From positions 7,564,001-7,628,000 of the forward strand of contig JBHGNT010000005.1 in NCBI GenBank assembly GCA_043228905.1: a stretch of 64,000 bases of DNA, given 5' to 3'. Source of the stretch: Azolla caroliniana. Taxonomy: Eukaryota; Plantae; Polypodiophyta. The notes under the pieces were generated by a model, which saw only the letters and a program-made list of their open reading frames with translations, was not told where the DNA came from and did no database searches. Shown piece by piece: positions 38,213 to 50,273 of this stretch (position 1 is the stretch's first letter; each line of letters begins with the position of its first letter). The translations under genes and the position numbers were made by a program.

Positions 38213-41200
38213 ATGAGATTCAGAAGATTGGCATTCCTGATATGCTCCCTATTATTGAGTAGCTGCAGCCTTGCCTTAACCCCTGATGGTATGTGCAAAT
38301 TAGTTCCCTGGAAACTAAAAGCTTATCCATGTGTGTTCAGTGCTCAAATATTCTATCTTATATCTCTATTACCAGGAGATGCATTGCTTGCATTCAAAAT
38401 GAATCTATGGAATTCAGATAAAATACTCCTCCATTGGAAGGAAGATGATATAAGCCCATGCAATTGGGATGGTGTCACATGTAATAACCAGACGCAGCGT
38501 GTGGTTTCATTGTAAGTGTCCTTGGAGTTTTACGTTCATAGTCCCAGGTTGAAAGATGGTGTAGTTTTTTCAATATTGTTTGCACTTGCTAATACTGGAT
38601 TCCAAACAGAAATCTTGCATCGCGAAAGCTATGGGGAAAGATATCCCCTGATTTGGGGAAGCTTGAGCAACTAGAACAACTGTAAGATTTCATATAATCA
38701 GTTGCTTTAGCTGTTTTTCAATCCGATTTCTTTCCTCACAAGGTGGTGTTATTCAGGGAACTTGATCAGAATATCCTGAATGGTCCTATCCCTGAAACAC
38801 TAGGGAATTGCTCTCATTTAAAAGCTTTGTGAGTAACTTGACATTCCTGATTCTTAGCACCATTTTGTATGCTGAATTCTGAATCATTTATTTCTTATTA
38901 TACTCTATAATGTGCAATAAATCTGTCATTAATTGAAAATATAATGCTCATAGATGTAAAAGATCATATGTGACATGTTGAAACACTTGTAGTGGAAACT
39001 TACAACAGTTTTTGACAACTCAAATTTCATGTATTGGGACTATTGTCATTTACATGATGTCTGTTAACATAGGCCATAATTCAAGTCTGGAGGAAAGCTT
39101 CTGTAAAATACAGTGCTCATAGATGTAAAATATCATATGTGACATGTTGAAACACTCATGGTGGAAATAAATCAGTTTTTGACAGCTCAAATTTAACGTA
39201 TTGGGACTATTGTCATTTACATGATGTCTGTTAACATAGGCCATAAATTCAAGTCTGGAGGAATGCGTCTGTAAATGTGGCACCTTCTATGTGTAAATAG
39301 CTAAAGCTGGACATTGGTTCTCTTGGATTCTCACATAAAGAATCTAATTCTCTATCTGTAAAGGAAGACCAAAAAATCCTGCAAATTTGTCCTATAAACG
39401 CTCTGAAGATTCTGTAAAGCCCAAAATCAATTTCCTTTTAACAATATAGTTTAAACCCAGACCTAAAACCTTTCAGCTGCCAAACGTCTTATTCCACATT
39501 TTAGGTGACAAACATTCTTACTTTCCATGGATATTGAAAGAAGATATGCAACCATGCTTTTACATTTCTTGGGCTAATAATGGAGTAGGAAAACATGGCT
39601 TTTAATTAGACTATGCAAGATGAACGGTCTTGCACTTCTTGAGGTGTCCTCTCTGAAGGTGAAGTCTACACTTAGTTTTCAATAAAGCCAAGACTATACA
39701 TTGAAATGATACTGGATGCAATGATATTTTTTGGGTTGAAACCTTTCACTTTGAGGAATCACACACACATATAGAATTTCTGTAGCAGTTGAAATTTTTT
39801 GTTGTAAATGCATCCCTAAGATCCTCTGACATGAATACTTGTATTCATTGAGCATAGTGAGATGTTTTCATTTTTTAATGATAGTGTGATACTATAGTTA
39901 AACAGAGTGGATAATTACTTTGAAATAGTTTGGATGCAGGCTTTTACAAGATAATTATCTAAGTGGCCAGATTCCTAAAGAGCTAGGTCAATTATCCGAG
40001 CTCAAGATCCTGTATGTCTTTCGCGTGTTATCAATCGGATATTGGTCAATGGTTTCTGGTTATTGGTCTCTGCCATTCATTTACATTTTCTTTCTTTTCA
40101 GGGATATGTCAAGTAACTTGCTCAGTGGTGCAATTCCGACAGCCCTTGGAAATCTTCAAAGTTTAACTACATTGTAAGTATGAGGAATTTGAATGTATTT
40201 CGATACTGACTAGTTTTCTGAAATAACCTTTTATGTTGTTTCAGCAATGTTTCAACAAACTTGTTAAGTGGGGAAATACCCGAGAATGGTGTTTTGCGAA
40301 ACTTTAATGCAGTATCGTAAGTCAAATATTTTGTGATGCCCCATTTATGTAGAATGTTTAATATCTTTTCAGCAGATGATCAAAACTTCTGTTTGTTGAT
40401 GACAAAATTATACAGGTTTATTGGGAATCTGGGACTTTGTGGTCAGCAAGTTGGTGAAATCTGTAAGAGTCAGCTGGAACAACCTCCCATAAACATTGTT
40501 TCATTGGCTGCTCCTCCAAGTGGGGCATCAGACCATCTTTATGGTAATTATCACATCAATCAATGATAATAATCTAGCAGATATGGAGTTCCATATTATA
40601 ATACGACATTGTTTTCTGTACTTTATTGCAGGTTTCCCTAAAAGGAAATCTAAAGCTTCAGCAGAATTCCTTATTAGCGCTGCAGTTGCCCTAACTGTTC
40701 TTACTGCATTTGTATGCTTTTGGGGATGGTTTCTGTATCATAAGTTTGGTAGAAAGTACAAAGTTGATGAAGAGATCGGAGATGATGGTATGTTGCAGTT
40801 ACATTTTAAATTTTTTCCATACCTCATAAGATACTATTTTACCTATTGTGATCCCTTTGAATTGATGGAAGTTTCAAATGTACATTGTAGATGGATGATA
40901 AAATAATGTTTTTAAAGAGAAGATGAGAACTACTTGAGTGACCTATGAAACTTAAAACGGTTACAGCACGATTGCATATTATCTCCAAAAACACTAAATC
41001 AAAACATAGTGTATGCTGGTAATAGGAAAAAGCTACTATTGTAACCTATAAGACTCTAAAACGTACAGTTTATTACAAGATATAAACTAAGAGAGAAGCT
41101 AGTGAGGAGGATCCAGGAGTGACAACTATATGGGTCTGTATAATTGTCAAGGATTTATTTATTTTCTCATTGGTCATTATGCTCTTGGTGAGCTTGTGAT

Positions 41201-43698
41201 CTTTATTAGGTGGTTGTGAAGTTGAGGGGCGAGTCTTGAGTTGGAATTTTTATGCTCATTTTTTATGGCATTGATCCTCATGGGGTATTTTCTAGGTTGA
41301 TATTCCAGTTAACTGATGGTTTTCAATGTTCTGGTATTAGAAGAACCATTTAGAAACATTCTAGTGTCATGAGTCATTCGTGGCATAGTAGTTGTGTACC
41401 AAATCATGGTATGGTGAACTTGCAATTTAAGGGAGAATGAGTTCTATGAGAGACCCTTTCATTTGATATGAGACATAACAAATGCCACATAAATTAAATG
41501 TTGCCTTTCTAAGATCTAATTTACAAACCTAGATTAATATTTAGAAAATGAAATTTAGGATTCAATTTCCTAGAATAGGAGAGCGAGGAAGTCCAAATTC
41601 TGGAATTCACTTCTGCTGTTTCTAAATATTTATCTTAATAGAAGAACGTTCTTCACTTATCTTTTCTCTCTTCAGTATGGATTTTTTCTTTTACCTATAG
41701 ACTCATATATGACCTTCCTCTATTTTCTCCTCCATCCATTCAATTTCCTCCATAATGTCATCCTTTTTCTTACTAGTTTCTCATTTTGAATAGGCCCATT
41801 TTGGAGATATTTTGAAGGTAGAAGTTTCAGTCCATCTAAGGTCAGGATGTTATGTGCTTAGCCAACAAGATTGTCTGGTACCTTAGGTGCTTTTACTAAT
41901 TTAATTATATTGATTTCAGATTGTAGTTCTCAAGATAAATTAGACATCATTTCAGGATGTAATCTCTCGTTTGATCTCATAGGACATTATGGCCTCTTGA
42001 AATATGTGAACATGTCTTTCTTTCTTTCTCCCTACCCAGAAAATTACGTAAATAAAATAGTGTGATTTAAATAATCTGTATGGATTTGAAGTGTTTTGAA
42101 TCAATTTTCATTTACATCTAAACTTTCTTATGATATGTGAAAGTTATTTGACTAATCTTGAATTTTGGTAGGTGCAACTGTGGTGATCTTCCATGGTGAT
42201 ATACCCTACAGTTCAAAAGAGATACTCCGCAGAACTGAGCTACTTGATGAGACGCACATCATTGGGCATGGTGGCTTTGGAACCGTGTACAAACTCATAA
42301 TGGAGGATGGCAGTGCATTTGCTGTAAAGAGGATTGACAAATGCAGTTTTGGGCAACTGTTTGAAAGAGAATTAGAGGTTCTAGGAAGCATTAAGCACCG
42401 GAACTTGGTAAATCTTAGAGGCTATTGTAATGCACCCTCAGCAAAGTTGCTTATCTATGATTTTCTTCAAAATGGGAGTCTAGAAGGATTACTGCATGGT
42501 AATAAATTTCAACCTTTAGAAACACTGCAGTGTTGTTTTCAAGCTGATTGAATGAGTGCCATTTGCCTAACATTCTCATTGTAATATAGGTCAAAGTCCT
42601 AGTGTAGCAGTACTGAACTGGACAGCCCGCCTAAAGGTTGCGTTAGGTGCAGCACGTGGTCTCGCATACTTGCATCACGACTGCTCACCGAGAATCATAC
42701 ACCGTGATGTAAAATCAAGCAATATCCTAATTGGGAACAATTTTGAACCTTACGTATCGGATTTTGGTTTAGCCAAATTATTGGGAGACAATATCTCTCA
42801 TGTTACAACTGTCATTGTTGGAACTTTCGGATACTTAGCTCCAGGTATGTAATTCATGAACTTGACACTGCCATAGCATATATTTTGTGATAGTAAAGAA
42901 GCACCTCAGAAAACAAAAGAAAACTGACTGACCTGAAGATTAAAGTGTTTAGGATTTGGGATTTCATTGACTTGTGGGCAATGTAATGAAGTTAAACCAA
43001 CAATTCAGTAAAATTTGGATGTGAAGTCCCCTTCTTGTTGGCTCTTGTCTAACATCATGAGCTATGCGAACAAAAGATGTTATCCTATATGCAATGCATA
43101 TATGATGGTAACATACGGATTTAGTAAAAGAATTCTTATGTGATGTCACTTGAAAATATCCTTTCCCCACAATGTGTAATAGATTGGGAATATGTATTGC
43201 ATCAACATTGCAATGATTCTAGAAGAATGGTGATGTTTCATTGTATTAACATATCTGTTCTTTTGTAGAGTATCTTCAAAGTGGAAGAGCAACAGAAAAG
43301 ACTGATGTTTATAGCTATGGGGTGGTTCTATTAGAGCTTATTAGTGGAAAGCGTCCCAGTGATGCATCTTTTGTAGAGAGAGGATTGAATATTGTTGGCT
43401 GGGTATATTTTTTGTTTGTCTATTCTTACTATCTGTTTCTGTAAATATCACAAATTGATTGAGAACACTGCTGCTCTATGAACAGGCAATCTCGCTCAAG
43501 CATGAAAAGAATTTGCAGGAGATTCTTGACCCAAAATGTGAGGGTGTAAATATGGAGAGCTTAGATGCATTGCTACAGGTTGCCACTCAGTGCTTGAGTC
43601 CTATGCCAGAGAATCGGCCAACGATGCATGACGTGGTGAAGATGCTAGAAGCTGAGATCATGTCACCCTGTCCAAGTGATTTTTATGATTCAGAGTGA
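38213..43698 (+). CDS. FEI: LRR receptor-like kinase, FEI1/FEI2-like, 594 aa; exons 38213-38288, 38376-38511, 38610-38681, 38757-38828, 39940-40011, 40102-40173, 40245-40316, 40416-40543, 40632-40787, 42172-42498, 42590-42844, 43269-43402, 43486-43698
   Basis: Signal peptide ..ALTPDG, five 72-nt LRR exons, [44 protein letters not shown]-terminal [12 protein letters not shown]; all GT-AG; 1785 nt in frame. Confidence 0.95.
38945..39275. repeat. ~169-bp tandem duplication in LRR-RLK intron 4
   Basis: tgctcatagatgtaaaa at 38945 and 39114. Confidence 0.88.
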
Positions 43699-46401
43699 TT
43701 GCATGCTTTTACTAACGGTTTAGAGACTCAAGTTAGATATTTATTCATTATTCTTTGAGTAAAGGGTGACTGAGCTTTTGGCCAATGGTATATCTTGAGT
43801 GTACATGTTTCTTAATTTATTCATCTTTCTTTCTTACTTATCAGGCAATAAGTTCGGGTATGGAATTTCAATACGTCTGTTACATGACTCATATTGATAC
43901 TCATCTCAAATCAGCTTGACCCAAGAGTGTGCATTCAAATCCATAATCACAAAAAATACTCTTATTCAAAATTCTGTTTACCTTCTCTTAAATTCTATGA
44001 GAGAACTCTCGTGTTCAAATGAATGGATATTACATTTGAAGTTCCATTTGCACTTCTACTAGATAAAAAGAAAAGCTTTTACCAGAGTGAATGCACAAAT
44101 TAACCTTCATAAAGAATGGCGGTATCCTCAGTAGTCTAATATGTTCCCTGCTGTAACACTGTAAACTGAAAGGGGAGTGCTGTGTTCTTATATATAAGAT
44201 CCACGTTTTCAACATGCTCATGGAATAGCAGTAAAGAGATATATTGAAGAGATTTAAGACAAAGTGGAAATGTGAAAATGCTGGATAAAGGTAAACTACT
44301 TCAAGGCTGGTGAAGGCAAAACTTCTGATACATGTGTAAGAGGGCTGATACGTGTGTGTTCTGTTTTATCTTTTGAAGCTAAGCAATTCATAGCCGTGAA
44401 CAACTTCTGATATCAGACATGTTAATTTTTAGTATTGCGTATGCCATTGTAGAGTTTTTCATAAATAATGATTAAAGATGTTCAGTTTAGGGTTAATTGT
44501 GTAGATGCAAGAAGTTTCCAAATTGAAGTTTTGTGCAAAAAATAAACAATGAGAGGAAGGTAAATGGTTATCTTCTTACAGATATTTGTTTTTTTATTAG
44601 ATTTGGCTTCTTTAGATGGTTTGAAGGAAACTTTATGGAATGCTTTGGCAGACAAAGATGTCTTCCATACAAAGTGCACTGAGTAACAAGGATGTCTCAG
44701 ACAAGGATTTCATTTTATGTATTACACCTTTAATTGCACTAAACTAAGCATACAATGTGTCTGCAAAACGACAAGTAACAAAGACCTAGCAATCCTGATA
44801 ACAGCATAGGTATTACAATGATACAACGCATTCTTACTAAATAAATAATGTGAACCTGATAACAATTTTCTGTGAACGAATATATCAAAATATAATGTCC
44901 ACTCATGCATGGATATATATATATATATATATGAATTATCCAAGGAAATTTAATTGATCCATCTCTCGATTGGACGTGTTAGAAAATATGATAACCATGT
45001 TCTTGTTCTTGTGTATAAAGGCTGAAGTAGCATCTAAAACTAAATTTTCAGAGATCATTTCAGAAGTTACCCTAGTAGAACAGTTCAAAAGATTCATACA
45101 CGGGTCAAAAGACTCATACACGGGCTTAAGCAACCTTCAAAATTCAAGGGCTTGACTTTAAAGTTCCATTGAATTTGCTTGAGAGCAAGGATTTTGTGAG
45201 AGCTTTTAATATCAAAGAGAGAAAAAAAAGACGGAGGAAGACAAAGAGCAATGATAATTCAAAGCTTTGAAAAGTTCAGGTTTGGGGGTCCACAGAAGTG
45301 TGTCATGGAAAGCTCTAAAAGAAAGCTTAGGGTCAAAAAAGGGAAAAGGTAAGGTCGGCCATCAAGCTTTCATGGAAGGATTTACAAAAGCTTTCTTGTT
45401 TGGATATGTAATGAGTTTTTGGCCTTTTCTTTCATCCCAAGGGTGGACCCACCAAACCATCCTGTCTCTTTGCGTGTTGAGTGTATAGGCAAGCACATGT
45501 ATTCTATCCATACAGATAGCTACATCTATACACACACAAAGTGTATATAAACAATCTACCTATACATACATATAGATAACTATATCCAAACATACATATA
45601 TACAGACATACGGTGGTGTATGTGTACATTGAGTGTATATATACACTCCCTACTAGCTACCTATACACACACAAGTGTATATAAACAATATACCTATACA
45701 TACATATAGATAACTATATCCACACACACACACACACACACATATCTATATACATATATACAGACATACGGTGGTGTATGTGTACAGTGAGTGTATATAT
45801 ACACTACCTACCTTTAGTGGTTAACACATCATTAAATCCACTTCCGTGAATTTTTCTTCCCTAATCCCTCCATGTGTACATTACTACTCTCTGATTGCAT
45901 ACCATTCAACCACTAGTAATCACCGACTCTTTTTGACCATGCCCTGCCTGCCCTATATCTCACTTTCCTTGTATAAAAGCAATCCAACACATTCTGGAGC
46001 TAAGAATACCATCTCCACAATTCATGTTTCTATGGATCAGATTATTGTTCACCATTACACATAGCCCGCCTCTCTGAAGCTCATACTCGATCAGTTTGCA
46101 ACAATCCTGCAGATTCTGGCAGAGTCCGCCTTGAATAGCTAGCTTCCTTCCAAAGATCCACAGTATTCAGTTCACAACCGTCCTGCAAATTTTGTTTTTA
46201 ACTGAATCCATCGACCACGCCTCCAACAGCAGTCGCCACTCATCTTTATTATGTAAACAAACCCCTAATATTCTGATCAGATTCCTTGCCACCCCAAAAT
46301 TTCAAACCCTAAACCCTTCATCTGCAGAAGATTCCAACTGAATCTCCATATTCTGATTGGATTCTTCACCATACGATTCGCTTGCGCGAATAAGGAAAAG
46401 G

Positions 46402-47820
46402 ATGCCATCATTCAATATGTCTGAGAACGGCGGAATCCCAGCATTATTCATGTGCCCGATTTCTCTGTGCATGATGGAGGATCCGGTAACATTACCTTCA
46501 GGTATCACATATGATCGTCCAAGTGTAGAGAAATGGTTACGAGAAGGCAAATCCACTTGTCCAGTCACAATGTCTGTCATAGGAGCCAATCCTAACCTCA
46601 TTCCAAACCACATGATCCGTGGGTTGATCCTCGACTGGCAATCGAGCAATCAAAGCCAAGCAGCCACACCCTCTCCCCCAATCAATTTCCGGCACATCAT
46701 GGACAACATTGCATGTGATGCTACAGGCTCTCACCGTTTAGCTTCCCTTAAACGCCTAAGAACCTTGATTGAATCTGGGAAAACCCAAAAAAGCTGTATC
46801 CAGCAAGAAGGATTAGTGGCAGTCTTAGATAAATTTCTGCGAGACCAAGCCAAATACATGAACCTTAACACTAGCCCTAGCAACATGTCTAGCCTTAACC
46901 TGAAGACTAACAATTATAGCAATAATACCAACTCGAACTCGAACTCTAATTCTAACTCTAGCTCTAACCCTATAGATGAGGAAACCATCGAAGCTCTGGA
47001 GGAGAGTGTGTCCATTTTAGGTCTCCTTCACCTCAACCGGGCGGATCTGGAGGTGCTAAGCAACCCAGAAGCTGTGTGCACCATAGCTTGGCTTCTGCGA
47101 GAGAGGGCGTCCATACAAGGGGCGAGGCTGATAGAGAGGATGGCGACAGAATGCAGGATGGGAGGGGAGGCGATGGAGGCGATGACATGGCGCCCAAACG
47201 ACGTGATGGGGAGCCTGTTCAAGCTTGTGAGGATGGGAGGGAAAGGGGAGTGGTCGGCGAGGTGCAAGGCAGGGGTGAGGGCCCTGGCAGCCCTGCAGGG
47301 GGACCCATCCACAAGAGAGTGGGTGGTGAGGGCGATGGTGGAGAGGGAGGAGAGGATGGGCGTGCTCATAGACCTCCTTCCTGGGGCTCGGAAGGGCTAC
47401 TCCGAGAGGATCTTGGGCCTCCTGTCCACCCTCTGCTTGTCCTCCCAAGCCGGCCGCGCCTTTGTCCGCGCGCACCCCCTCTCCCTCCCGGCCGTCCTCC
47501 GCACCTTGCTCCTCGTCTCCGACCTCGCCAACGACCTCTCCGTAACCATCCTCTGGTGCTTGCTCTGTGCCCCCACCCCCTCCTCCTCCTCCTCCGATAA
47601 TAATAATAATAATAATCATAATAACAATAACACCCCCTATCCCGCCCTCGCCCTCGCCCACGACGCCTCCCAGAAGCTCCTCGTCGTCGCCCAGATGGAC
47701 TGCCCCACCATTACCAAGAAACGCATCAACGATCTCCTCAAAGAGCTCCGGCGAGTCACGTCCTCGTCCCTCGGACACTCCTTCCGCAACAACAACAACA
47801 CTTCCCAGAGGCTCCTCTGA
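46402..47820 (+). CDS. Intronless plant U-box E3 ligase (U-box + ARM-like, PUB20-26/CMPG1-like), ~472 aa
   Basis: IPALFMCPISLCMMEDPVTLPSGITYDRPSVEKW...TCPVT...LIPNHMIRGLILDW; C-terminal LLLVSDLA, QKLLVVAQ; poly-N/S tracts; first in-frame ATG 46402. Confidence 0.93.
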   Translation: MPSFNMSENGGIPALFMCPISLCMMEDPVTLPSGITYDRPSVEKWLREGKSTCPVTMSVIGANPNLIPNHMIRGLILDWQSSNQSQAATPSPPINFRHIMDNIACDATGSHRLASLKRLRTLIESGKTQKSCIQQEGLVAVLDKFLRDQAKYMNLNTSPSNMSSLNLKTNNYSNNTNSNSNSNSNSSSNPIDEETIEALEESVSILGLLHLNRADLEVLSNPEAVCTIAWLLRERASIQGARLIERMATECRMGGEAMEAMTWRPNDVMGSLFKLVRMGGKGEWSARCKAGVRALAALQGDPSTREWVVRAMVEREERMGVLIDLLPGARKGYSERILGLLSTLCLSSQAGRAFVRAHPLSLPAVLRTLLLVSDLANDLSVTILWCLLCAPTPSSSSSDNNNNNNHNNNNTPYPALALAHDASQKLLVVAQMDCPTITKKRINDLLKELRRVTSSSLGHSFRNNNNTSQRLL

Positions 47821-50273
47821 ACCCCCGGACACGCAAGTGTTTACTTACTCGACCCCCGAGGGTGTCTATCGTTGGTTCGATGAAGTAGAAATAGCACAAT
47901 ACGCAATGCTTTCTCACTTCGTGTACATACTTTACTCCACACTTGGGTTCACTGATCTAGTTATAATTTCCACTTCATGTATGTTGGCTCGAGATGATTC
48001 AAAATTAAGCTTGATTGACATGCCTTTCCCATCCTTGACTCTCTCAATTATACACACACACACACATACACTTAATGGCAAGCCTAATTTTAGTGAAATG
48101 CGATTTTCTCATATCCAACCAATGCAAAAATTGTCTAAAGGAATAGCAATATACACATTTGCCTTGCACCATGGGCAACACACACTATTGTCACTTGCGT
48201 TATTATCAAGGCCTATAGCAAACAAACAACACTAAATTGGCAAAGCAAAAATGAAGCTTTTTATATGTATGCAAGTGTACATTGGCACAAGAGCATGTTT
48301 GAATGTGATGGCCAAAGACTAATTTACTATTTTTGCAAGATCACAACTTTATATGTGCACCTCACCCCTAGCTTGTATATATAATTGGGGCATGCTTGCT
48401 AAAGGTCAAGGCATGCATTAAGGGGTTCATCAGTTCAAGTCCTTCACGTGATACACAACATATTGTATGACCATTATGCAACACCTCTAGGGAGAAATCC
48501 AAGTGATGACAAATTGGTTTGCTACTTGAACACTCGAAAGTGATGACAAAGCTGGATTGGATCTCTTGAATTTAAACTAGTTGACCATCCTAAACCAAAG
48601 ATTCTGAGAGACCTCTTGTTGTCCTTTATTGTATATATGTTATATATAGCGAGCAATTTGTCGACATATATATGAGACAACCAACATAGAACTTCAAACA
48701 TGATCATCATGCTTCTCTTGTTTTCTTGGGTAAATCCTATTTTATCCACATAGACTGTCATTAGAATAGGAATTCTTAAGAAAATACCATTTGCAATATC
48801 TTATGTTTCAAATGGTGACCAAGTTCAACCCTCCCTTGGTAATCCAAGACCAAACAAGTAGAATTCTCTTCTTTTTTAGCAATGACGATAGGCACATCAA
48901 TAGAGTAGCTAGAATGTTGAGCAACTCTATTTTGCCAAATTCTCATCAATATATTCTTGAAGACCTCTAGCTTTTAATAGGTTGGTCCCCCATGGCGACA
49001 CCTTCCTTAGTTGCAAACCAATAAGATAATTACAAGCCTAGTACTCTAGGAGTGTATGGACTTGCACCTTGTTGAAAACATATGTGAATTCTTGGCTTTC
49101 TTGAAATTGGACCTTTGGCTTATGTGGCATAGAAGTTGGAGTTGTTAGTATCTATGCATAAACAGAAGAAGCCTTCCCCAACCCTCTTTGCATGGCCTTC
49201 ATACAAAAACAACTGAAATCAAACAAAACCTAGAACTTGGCCTTGTAAGAATGAGGGACTTGGACGTCTTAGTTAACATAAAATCCTTGAGTATAATTGA
49301 ATACCTACTAATGGTTTTACAAAAGTTAGCCAAGGAAGGTTAATCAAAAGACGATTTGGTGTGTCAAGCCAACATTTTGATCCATTAAACAACCATTGGT
49401 TCTTAAATCCTTGATTATTTCAATAAATCTTTGATGATGAAGTTAAAATCACCATATGCCAATGGCTACATTCACCGCCATGCAAAATGGTTTTTGATCA
49501 TGCAACATGATTTTGTTTCTAATTCTCTACAAAATCATGATATCACACACAGCAGAAGCTACATTCTATATTATTAATTGCACAGATTCAAATTATATAC
49601 TGTTTGATATTTGATTGTCTTAGCAAAATGGTCTTTTATTTTATTTATAATGCAGTACAAAATCATTATTATCGATGGTGGAATATGATTTCAAGCAACT
49701 TGGAACTCTTATCTATTTCTTTAAAAATAAGTTCCCCACCTCTGCCAAATCTCTCTTAACAAGCTAACAAAACTAACTCACTGGAATAAATATGAATGTA
49801 CATTGGTCAACTTTCAAATACACTATGTAACTACCCCACTTCAGAAGCACATCTGTGAGCAGAAGACTTTACTACCGGTAGCTTTGCAACATAGATAAAA
49901 ATTTTGAAATTTTGTTCTCGATATCTATATATACTCTGGTCTTTGACTGGAATTTGTTTTATTCTTACTTGAAATAAAATGTTCAATATAGATATATTCT
50001 TTACATGTTACGGTTAGTTGATTGGAATAATACAAGGATACAGCTTTTATTATTATGCTCCAAGTTACAATGTAAAGGTTTGGTACATTTCAAACAAATA
50101 TGGTATTTGTTGAGCTTCAAATAACACCTTTGATTGCCTACATATAATTGTGATAAGCAAATCAACTACCAATACCATCTTTTGCTGATGAAGAGAAATT
50201 CAGGATCATTGATCTCTATACAGCTTACAAAAATTGTAGCTATATATATGTACACTTGGGACTTCCTAGTAGA

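Noticed and set aside
47056-48235. Long antisense and alternative-frame ORFs over the U-box gene
   Set aside because: Low-complexity shadows of GC-rich, stop-poor coding sequence
48700-49500. Possible old LINE fragments (also 41080-41350 in the RLK intron)
   Set aside because: Too decayed to support without an HMM search
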